From Eledone cirrhosa (Eukaryota): a stretch of 64,000 nucleotides of DNA. The notes below the pieces were generated by a model that saw nothing but the letters and a program-made list of their open reading frames with translations, made no database searches and was not told the origin of the DNA. Every line of letters begins with the position of its first letter. Positions within the stretch are counted from its first letter, which is position 1. The position numbers and the translations under genes were made by a program. This document shows, piece by piece, positions 54,570-64,000 of this stretch. Where the stretch lies: assembly GCA_964016885.1 (NCBI GenBank), contig OZ024745.1, positions 97,774,001 through 97,838,000 on the forward strand, written 5' to 3'.

Positions 54570-55020
54570 AATGACTAAATGTTATCCACAAATTCAGCGC
54601 TCAAATCAATAACTAAATGGGAGCCACAAATTCAGCACTCAAGTCAATGACTTCACGTGAACCTTAAACTCAGCGCTCAAATCAATGACTAAATGTGAGC
54701 CACAAACTCAGCACTGAAATCAATGACTAAATGTGAGCTACAAACTCAGCGCTCAAGTTAATGACTTAATGAGAGCCCACAAATTCAGCGCCGAAGTCAA
54801 TGACTAAATGTGAGCCTCAAATTCAGCGCTCAAGTCAATGACTAAATATGAGCCACAAATCCAGTGCTCAAGTCAAAAACTAAATGCAATCTTCAAAATC
54901 AGCGCTCATGTCAATGGCTAAATGTGAGTCACAAACTGAGCCCTCATGTCAATGGCTAAATGCAATTCACAAACTCATGACTCAAGTCAGTGACTATATG
55001 TGATTTACAGACTTAGCGCT
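54570..55020. repeat. ~38-bp diverged minisatellite AAATTCAGCGCTCAAGTCAATGACTAAATGTGAGCCAC, ~12 copies
   Basis: Direct observation. Confidence 0.9.
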
Positions 55021-55861
55021 CGTGTTATTTCGAGATAATTAGATGTGGTCCACAGAGCCACTGCACCAAATATACCAATTCGCCATTTAGTTGAACACTT
55101 CACTACACACCCCAATGAGCAGTGGCTTCTCATATGAGAGATAGCATAATAGTTTGCACATGCTTCACTAGTGTCCAGTCTGTTCCTGTGTGCCTGCTGT
55201 TGCTGTCGTTGTTGTTGATTGGATCCAGGCGGGGGTCGGCGCTACTATTAGGCCAAAAAGGCAGTCACCTAGAGCGTCAACACCAGAGAGATGCGCTACT
55301 CAACCTTAAAGGGTTTAGGTCAGCTCTGATCGGACATATTAATGATCAAAGGCATTGGAGCTGTGACCATCCTATCTTTTTCCTATGTGCAAGGAATCAA
55401 GCCCATGTTATTCAACATTTCCTAATTTAATATAAAGTATGATTTGTTGGAATTTGGTTGTTATTTCTAGCAAGTTGAGCAAGTGTTTCCGTTCTGGTGG
55501 TAGTCGCGGCGGATACAGTCGAAGTAGACTGAGTTAAAATCCATCTGTACTTATCTCTGTTGGTGTACATTCCAGTAAAATGATTCGACAAATGAGCTTA
55601 TTGATATTGCTGATATTGTTTGTTTTGTTTTGATTTAGTGGAAGATATAGCATTTTAGGATAGTGTTGTAGATGTGATATCCTCCCATTACTCTTGGAAG
55701 CTCTAAAAGGAGTCATTAGAAGTGCTCTTATTTCTCCGACTAACCCATTAAAATAAGTTCTTCGCGAAGGTCTTGGTAATTTTACTGGACATTGGCCAGT
55801 GACAAAATCACAGTTTTCTTGTTCTTGTTTCCAATAAATGGATATATATTTTCCAGGTTTA

Positions 55862-55950
55862 TATTGGGTCGTCAAGAATGAAATTTGTATAAATTTCTAA
55901 AAAAAAAAAAACAACAAATTTCTACAAATTTCATACTTGACGACCCAATA
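55862..55950. mobile_element. ~90-bp Tc1/mariner-like MITE
   Basis: TIRs TATTGGGTCGTCAAG.ATGAAATTTGTA / TACAAATTTCATACTTGACGACCCAATA; related copy at 9845-9929. Confidence 0.7.
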
Positions 55951-55969
55951 ATTTGAAATAACCCACATA

Positions 55970-56165
55970 ATCGGTAAAACAGCAAATGAAATACCTTGCG
56001 GTATTTAGTTATAAGCCTTTATGTCTGAGTGTCAAATCCCGTCGATGTCGACATTACTATTTATCTTTCTCGAATCGATAAAATAAGAACCAATCAATAA
56101 CTGGATCGATTTAATCGCCTTTACTCGTTTCTTAATATTTGTGGCTTTGGGCTGAAGTTAGAAAC
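55970..56165 (+). mobile_element. Diverged tRNA-derived SINE
   Basis: GTCAAATCCCG..TCGATAAAATAAG..TTAGAAAC body. Confidence 0.65.
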
Positions 56166-56734
56166 CTTTGTTGTTGTTGTTGTTCTTATTGTTGTCAGCG
56201 TCGTCGTCGTCGTCGTTTATGTTTATGTTTTTGATGTCTTTCTTTAAAAAGAAATCCTATACTATATACGTCTGTTTAATACTAGCACGCCAACTACCAT
56301 GTTGTTGGCGATATATATCACGAGTTTTAATTCACAGCAAAAATTACTTTGATATCACGAGTTTCTCTTTTAATATCCAAATAAAGATCCAATTCTAAAT
56401 TCTGCTTTCTCAGCATGGTTATCCTTTTAAAAACCAATTTGCCTGTTTCATAGGAAAAAATTACCTGGGTTTTCTCCGGTCTGGAAAGTAAGCTGCTACT
56501 TTTTAGATGTGTTTGTGAATCGGATCTGTTGTTTTAGTTCCCTTTTCATTTGAAGGTTTCCGTTACATTTTGCGGTTTTCTTTTTCTCTGGAATTTAAAA
56601 CAGTTTTTCCGCTTTCACATCACAGTTTCCTTAAACTCGATTTCTTACGATTTCACAAGTGTTTCCTTTAACTTTCAAACGATCTCAGAATGTCTTCCTT
56701 TTTATCCATGCAGCTACTGTTACTGCTATTGCTG

Positions 56735-57675
56735 TTGATGATGATGCTGATGATGATGGTGATGGTGATGATGGTGATGATGGTGATGATGATGGTGATG
56801 ATGAAGGTGATGATGAAGGTGATGGTGGTGATGGTGATGATGATGTTCATGATGAAGGTGATGATGATGATGGTGGTGATGGTGATGATGGTGATGATGA
56901 AGGTGATGGTGGTGATGGTGATGATGATGGTCATGATGAAGGTGATGATGATGATGGTGGTGATGGTGATGATGGTGATGATGATGGTGATGGTGATGAT
57001 GATGATGATGGTGGTGATGATGGTGATGGTGATGATGGTGGTGATGGTGATGATGATGATGATGGTGATGATGGTGATGATGGTGATGATGATGATCATG
57101 ATGAAGGTGATGATGATGATGATGGTGGTGATGGTGGTGATGATGGTGATGATGATGATGATGGTCATGATGAAGGTGATGATGATGATGGTGGTGATGG
57201 TGATGATGATGGTGATGGTGATGATGATGATGATGATGATGATGGTGATGATGGTGATGATGATGATGATGATGGTGGTGATGGTGGTGATGATGGTGAT
57301 GATGATAGTGATGATGATGGTGATGATGATGGTGATGATGATGATGGTGGTGATGATGGTGATGACGATGATGACGATAATAATGATGATAATGATGTTG
57401 TTGTTGTTGCTGTTTTTGTTGTTGTTGCTGTTGTAGTAGCTGTTGTTGTTGTTGTTGGTATTGATGTCTCTGTTGTTGTTGTTGTCCTAGTTGTTGCTGT
57501 TGGTTTTGTTGTTGTTGTCGCTGTTGTTGTAGTAGCAGTAGTAATAGTTGTTGTTGTTGTAGTTGGTATTGACGTTTCTGTCGTTGCTGTCATCGTTCTT
57601 TTTGTTATAGTTGTTGTCGTTGTTGTTGTTATTCTAGTCTAGTTGTTGCTGTTGATCTTGTTGTTGTTGTCGTTG
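56735..57675. repeat. (GAT/GGT)n followed by (GTT)n trinucleotide tracts
   Basis: Direct observation. Confidence 0.95.
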
Positions 57676-57924
57676 TCATACGTGGTCGTACTGACTGAAA
57701 TTAATTACAGTGTGATGTTATCGAACTGAATAGAAACAATAGATATTGTGTGTAGATTTCATATTTATTGAAAGTACAATAGATTTAAAAACAACAAAAA
57801 CAACAACACCAGAGAGAAAGTAAACAACACATATTCCCTTTTGATATAAAAAAAAAAAGCTTCATCAGAAACGAATCGACATTTGTAGAAGGATGGAAAT
57901 AGCGCCAAGTAAATAATTATTTTG

Positions 57925-57960
57925 TTACACACACACAAAAGCACACGCACATACACGCAA

Positions 57961-58039
<79 letters not shown>

Positions 58040-58258
58040 CACACACACGCACATACACGCACATACACGCACACACACACACACACGTGCAAACGGACAC
58101 ACACACGTGCAAACGCACACACATGCACACATACACGCGCGCAAACGCATACATACATAATTACATACATAAACACAAACATAAACACATACACATATAT
58201 ATTTCTATGAACGTATGTACGTACGTACGTGTGTATGTATGTATGTATGTATATATAT
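57925..58258. repeat. Compound (CA)n/(TATG)n microsatellite
   Basis: Direct observation. Confidence 0.9.
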
Positions 58259-58530
58259 GTGCAGTGCCTTTGCTCACTATAAAAGCTTCACGGCACAGGC
58301 ATTGCTTTATATCTGGAGATCTCTCTGCACTTGTCATCACATGGTACCATGGGCCCAGCACTATGTGTCAATAATTGTCACAAGTGTAGTGTTTGTACCA
58401 GAGTTTTCAAGTCGCTGGCTGGACTAAAAAGTCACACTCGTTCAGCGCATCGGTAGGGGTTCTCCTACATGGATAAAAAGTAGTGGCCGTACTCGAAAAC
58501 GAGTTGGCAGCCACCATATATATATGTATG
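58258..58530 (+). mobile_element. 5'-truncated copy of the RTE-derived element
   Basis: Near-identical to 10594-10850. Confidence 0.85.
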
Positions 58531-58571
58531 TAAGTATGTGTGGATGTATATATATATATATATATATATAT

Positions 58572-58842
58572 AATGGAAAAATTTGAACAGGGACAAAACA
58601 GAGAGGCAGTACAACGAATGTTTATTAATTTCACGCTCTGGAGAGTGGGGTGTTGGTGGGGGACGACGTTTCGGGCATAAGCCCTTCCTCAGGTGAGAAG
58701 TGTGTGGGAACAGAGTTCAAAGGGTGTGTAGGGGAGTGGTGGAGAGACATATAGCGAAAGGAAACGGTGCGAATGAAAAAATAAGAAAATAAAGAAATAA
58801 AGATAAAAATAAAAATAAAGCATGATCAAAATACAAGGAAGG

Positions 58843-58845
<3 letters not shown>
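58572..58845 (-). mobile_element. Solo PLE pLTR between (TA)n tracts
   Basis: Contains a minimal hammerhead and downstream AATAAA; (TA)n on both sides. Confidence 0.65.
58663..58694 (-). ncRNA. Minimal Penelope-type hammerhead ribozyme
   Basis: Minus strand AC-CTGAGGA-AGGGC(ttat)GCCC-GAAAC-GTC-GT. Confidence 0.75.
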
Positions 58846-58918
<73 letters not shown>

Positions 58919-59251
58919 TGAGAGAGAATGAGAGCTGGATGGATATATATATACACGCGCACACACATACATACGAGCACATACACCATACAATCATGCC
59001 ATTCACACAAAACTATACTCATGCACATATATATATAATATATAATATATAACATATATGTGTGGTGTGCGCGCGTATGAGGTTTAGTGTGAGTGTGTGC
59101 GTATGTTTACATGTATGCATGTGCGCGTATCAGATCAGCGTTATTAATCATTGATCTGAGGATAATTTTAAATTTTACAGTAATTACTAGTCTTACGTTG
59201 ACTGTGGATCAAGCTACTGTATAATTTATATAGGTTGATCTTTTGTCTTAC

Positions 59252-59435
59252 TTTGGCAGTATCGGTAGAAGGTCGGACAGCATGCTTTGACGCATAGAGT
59301 TATGGCCCTTGCCATTCTGAGTTCAAATCCCGCCCAGGTTAACTTTGCCTTTCATCCTTACGGGGTCGATAAAATAAAGTACCAGCCATGCACTGGGATA
59401 ATTGTTGTCCTTGTGCCAAATGTAGAAACAATTAT
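59252..59435 (+). mobile_element. tRNA-derived SINE (short subfamily)
   Basis: TGGCAGTATCGG A-box, GAGTTCAAATCC B-box. Confidence 0.85.
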
Positions 59436-59463
59436 CTCTGTATTAAAAGTGGTAAAGAATCAG

Positions 59464-59641
59464 AACTAGTTGAACGCTGGATTAGCGGTGAACTAGTTGA
59501 GCGCTAGATTTTAAGCGTTTCAATAACCAAACTAGTTGAGCGTTAGATTACAGGTATTTCAATAGCTAAACTAGTTGAGCGTTGGATTAGAGGTGTTTTA
59601 ATAGCTAAACTAGTTGAGCGTTAGATTAGAAGTGTTTCAAT
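59464..59641. repeat. ~39-bp minisatellite built on AACTAGTTGAGCG, ~5 copies
   Basis: Direct observation. Confidence 0.85.
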
Positions 59642-59891
59642 GTTCAGTTCCATCTTCCTAGGATCTCAGATTAAATTCAACCCGAGTAGAATGGCCTCCC
59701 GGATTTAATTCAATTGTATACATTTAAATCCTTGTATCAAAGAAATTATTAATTTCTGACATTGGCACGTGGTTACAGATTTTAGGGAGGGGATAGTCGA
59801 TTATATCGAAACTGATACATTACTGATGTTGAGGTGGTAAGGTGTGTCTGTTCACTTTATGTTCAAGTTCTTTTATTCGTTTCCTTTTTAA

Positions 59892-60082
59892 ATAATTGTT
59901 TCTACTTTTGGCACAAGGCCAGCAATTACCCAGTGCATTAGTGGTGCTTTATTTTATCTACTCCGTAAGGATGAAAGGCAAAGTTAAACTCGGCGGGATT
60001 TGAACTCAGACCGTAAAGAGACATAACTCTATACTGGAAAGCATGGCGTCCGACCCTCCACCGATGCAACCAATTCACTGCC
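59892..60082 (-). mobile_element. tRNA-derived SINE (short subfamily)
   Basis: Homologous to 42777-42965. Confidence 0.85.
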
Positions 60083-60816
60083 CTTATTTTTTAAATAATA
60101 TACTGTAATCTATTGATTAATTTGCTTGCATTTCGATGTACACTTTTATGTCTATGTCTTTTTAACCAACGTCTTTTTGTTTGCGTTGAGACACGTCGAT
60201 TTTTGTATGTTAAATTTAGTTTGGCAATGCAGATTTAATATGGAAACTCTTTTCATTTAATTACTAGTTGCGCCTATTTACATATGTAACTGTGTAATGG
60301 GATATGAACTTCGCTTCATTCGTTCACATTGAAAGAACACAAGACTTCTTCTCAGGTGCTTATCAGTGATAACTAGTGCACATCTCAGCTAAATACTCTG
60401 TTTGCCTAACAATCTTCCCAGACAATGCCTGTCTTTTCTGATCTTGTTGCTGAAGTTAGATTTACTGATCATGTGACGGTATTCATATTTCCGTTGTCTC
60501 AAAATGTTCTAATCAGATTTGTGATGTTTTGACTTTGAACATGTCCAATATTCAATTCTTCTGCAAGTAGACGTTATATTTGAACTCTATTGTCGTCTGT
60601 TGGTTTGATAATAATATTTAACTGCTGGTATTCCTTGATCTTTTGTTTGTTCAAATATAGTTCATGCACATTTGGGAAAATCTTGGAAAAGAAAATTGGA
60701 ACGTTATTAAAAACCAAAAATTATAATAACACATGATTATAAATAATGAAAATAATAAATGTTGCTACTTTTGACGACAATGTATAAACTGCAGTTGACA
60801 GGCTACGATAGTTATC

Positions 60817-61076
60817 TTGTGGTGATGGTGGTGGTGGTGGTTGTGGTTGTGGTGGTGGTAGTGGTGATGGTGGTTGTGGTTGTGGTGGTGGTGGTGGTAG
60901 TGGTGGTGTTAGGGGTGGTGATGGTGGTTGTGATTGTGGAAATGGTAGTGGTGGTGTTAGGGTGGTGATGATGGTTGTGGTGGTGGTGGTGGTGGTAGTG
61001 GTGATGATGGTGGTTGCGATGGTAGTGGTGGTAGTGGTGGTGGTAGTGGTGATGATGGTGGTGGTGTTGGTGGGGT
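60817..61076. repeat. Degenerate (GGT)n tract
   Basis: Direct observation. Confidence 0.9.
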
Positions 61077-62009
61077 TTTCACGCTCTATTCTTACTTCAA
61101 TTATACAGAGAAACATTGATGCCATATTCATGTAATTAAAACTACAACACATACTTCCCAGACATGTATTTATCTCACCTATAAGCTTGTGTAGCCATCA
61201 AATGATGGGAACAGTTATTTAATTGATGAACACCCAGTTGATGCTGGCTTTCTCTTGTTGGTTTTATTAGGCCATCACAAAGCGGCTATAATATAGTTTT
61301 TACCACCTACTGAGTTTGTTTCCAGAATTCCTTAGTCACATTTCTTTACAAGTTTCTCGCTAGATAAGAAATACTGCATCTATTTACAAAATAAATACTT
61401 TATCTGGAAACTCAACCTTGGATTTAACATTTCTAGAGCTTTATTTCCTTGGTCTGTTCCCTATTATCATTTCATGACAGCTTGACAGTCAATATCCATT
61501 TTGTTAAAGCGATGCGTATCATAATAGTGTTGTTGGCTTATAGCAATATAACTATCCAAATTAATAGTTTTGCAAGTCTCATCATGTTTTCTTGTCATTC
61601 TCCCACACATCTGCTTTAAAGGATTTCCCTATCTCTGCCTGGAACTTACTCCTCCAATATATTCGTAGTGTTGTGATTATTCTAAACCATGAATGAGAAA
61701 GAATCAGTGAACTCAGATGTATTTTCCTAAATACAACATGTAGGAAATTATTATATTAAATGTTTCCAGCTGAATCAGTTGTCACAACATTGTTACTGAA
61801 ATCTTTCAATTAAGACTGAACAGAGAATCAACAGAATATACAACCGATGTATTTTCATTGATGTTTCCTGACAAATTCTTCTGCTAGATCAATTCCCACG
61901 TTTTCCACCACATTAACTTACAGGATCAACACTTCATATGGTTCACACTTTCCTCTTCCATGATATTAATCTCCTCAATCACTCCATGCTTGCTTTTGTT
62001 AATCTCTTG

Positions 62010-64000
62010 GTTCTTCTATAGGTGGCACAGCTCCACTTTGTTCTTCTCTAAGTGACACAGCTCCACATTGTTCTTCTGTAAGTGACACAGCTCCACATTG
62101 TTCTTCTGTAAGTGGCACAGCTCCACATTGTTCTTCTGTAAGTGCCACAGCTCCACATTGTTCTTCTGTAAGTGGCACAGCTCCACATTGTTCTTCTGTA
62201 AGTGACACAGCTCCACTTTGTTCGTCTGTAAGTGACACGGCTCCACATTGTTCTTCTATAAGTGGCACGGCTCCACATTGTTCTTCTGTAAGTGCCACAG
62301 CTCCACATTGTTCTTCTGTAAGTGGCACAGCTCCACATTGTTCTTCTCTAAGTGGCACAGCTCCACATTGTTCTTCTATAAGTGACACAGCTCCACATTG
62401 TTCTTCTATAAGTGGCACGGCTCCACATTGTTCTTCTATAAGTGACACAGCTCCACATTGTTCTTCTGTAAGTGGCACAGCTCCACATTGTTCTTCTGTA
62501 AGTGGCACAGCTCCACATTGTTCTTCTCTAAGTGGCACAGCTCCACATTGTTCTTCTATAAGTGGCACGGCTCCACATTGTTCTTCTGTAAGTGCCACAG
62601 CTCCACTTTGTTCATCTATAAGTGACACAGCTCCACATTGTTCTCTATAAGTGACACAGCTCCACATTGTTCTTCTATAAGTGGCACAGCTCCACATTGT
62701 TCTTCTGTAAGTGACACAGCTTCACATTGTTCTTCTATAAGTGACACAGCTCCACATTGTTCTTCTGTAAGTGGCACAGCTCCACATTGTTCTTCTATAA
62801 GTGGCACAGCTCCACTTTGTTCTTCTATAAGTGACACGGCTCCACATTGTTCTTCTGTAAGTGGCACGGCTCCACATTGTTCTTCTGTAAGTGGCACGGC
62901 TCCACATTGTTCTTCTGTAAGTGACACAGCTCCACATTGTTCTTCTCTAAGTGACACAGCTCCACATTGTTCTTCTGTAAGTGACACAGCTCCACTTTGT
63001 TCTTCTATAAGTGGCACAGCTCCACTTTGTTCTTCTATAAGTGGCACAGCTCCACATTGTTCTTCTGTAAGTGGCACGGCTCCACATTGTTCTTCTGTAA
63101 GTGGCACGGCTCCACATTGTTCTTCTGTAAGTGACACAGCTCCACATTGTTCTTCTGTAAGTGGCACGGCGCCACATTGTTCTTCTGTAAGTGACACAGC
63201 TCCACATTGTTCTTCTATAAGTGACACAGCTCCACATTGTTCTTCTGTAAGTGGCACGGCGCCACATTGTTCTTCTCTAAGTGACACAGCTCCACATTGT
63301 TCTTCTGTAAGTGGCACGGCGCCACATTGTTCTTCTCTAAGTGACACAGCTCCACTTTGTTCTTCTATAAGTGACACAGCTCCACTTTGTTCTTCTATAA
63401 GTGGCACAGCTCCACATTGTTCTTCTGTAAGTGGCACGGCGCCACATTGTTCTTCTCTAAGTGACACAGCTCCACTTTGTTCTTCTATAAGTGACACAGC
63501 TCCACTTTGTTCTTCTGTAAGTGACACGGCTCCACATTGTTCTTCTGTAAGTGGCACGGCTCCACATTGTTCTTCTGTAAGTGACACAGCTCCACATTGT
63601 TCTTCTGTAAGTGGCACAGCTCCACATTGTTCTTCTGTAAGTGACACAGCTCCACATTGTTCTTCTCTAAGTGACACAGCTCCACATTGTTCTTCTGTAA
63701 GTGGCACGGCTCCACATTGTTCTTCTGTAAGTGACACAGCTCCACTTTGTTCTTCTATAAGTGACACAGCACCACATTGTTCTTCTGTAAGTGGCACGGC
63801 TCCACATTGTTCTTCTGTAAGTGACACAGCTCCACTTTGTTCTTCTATAAGTGACACAGCTCCACATTGTTCTTCTGTAAGTGGCACGGCTCCACATTGT
63901 TCTTCTGTAAGTGACACAGCTCCACTTTGTTCTTCTATAAGTGACACAGCTCCACATTGTTCTTCTGTAAGTGACACAGCTCCACATTCTTCTTCTATAA
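62010..64000. repeat. 30-bp tandem satellite, ~66 copies, running off the window end
   Basis: Unit TTCTTCT(G/A/C)TAAGTG(A/G)CAC(A/G)GCTCCAC(A/T)TTG; one 29-bp unit at ~62641. Confidence 0.97.

Noticed and set aside
55534-55875. 113-aa complex-looking ORF
   Set aside because: Its start lies within a MITE and I recognise no domain; a BLASTX hit or RNA-seq support would be needed
56659-57642. Asp/Gly-rich acidic protein (biomineral-like)
   Set aside because: Trinucleotide tract open in several frames on both strands; no signal peptide or exon evidence
57835-57875. Minus-strand CTGATGA hammerhead-like core (similar weak case at ~43440-43475)
   Set aside because: GAAA core or stems I and III not recoverable
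60140-61990. Possible decayed non-LTR element or host exons
   Set aside because: Stops in all frames examined and no convincing motif by eye

Overview
Gene-free, repeat-saturated animal genomic window; the SINE families and microsatellite content suggest an octopus/coleoid genome (inference from recall, not a search). No host protein-coding gene, rRNA, tRNA or CRISPR array is supported. 1-19.1 kb: several Penelope-like elements (PLEs; RT + GIY-YIG remnants) and short non-coding fold-back PLE derivatives next to (TA)n tracts, together carrying 7 recognisable type I hammerhead ribozymes; two more lie at 43.9 and 58.7 kb. The same stretch holds tRNA-derived SINEs, an RTE-derived non-autonomous element and a decayed CsRn1-clade Gypsy LTR element (11864-17098). 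19.1-26.7 kb: three tandem Tx1/L1-type LINE copies separated by (GATA)n. 27.2-39.0 kb: a ~166-copy 70/71-bp satellite that continues out of the right arm of a 215-bp hairpin. 44.6-50.0 kb: a pentanucleotide-based satellite with shifting higher-order periods. 62.0-64.0 kb: a 30-bp satellite. Almost all long ORFs outside the retroelements are repeat artefacts. Coordinates of decayed elements are approximate.
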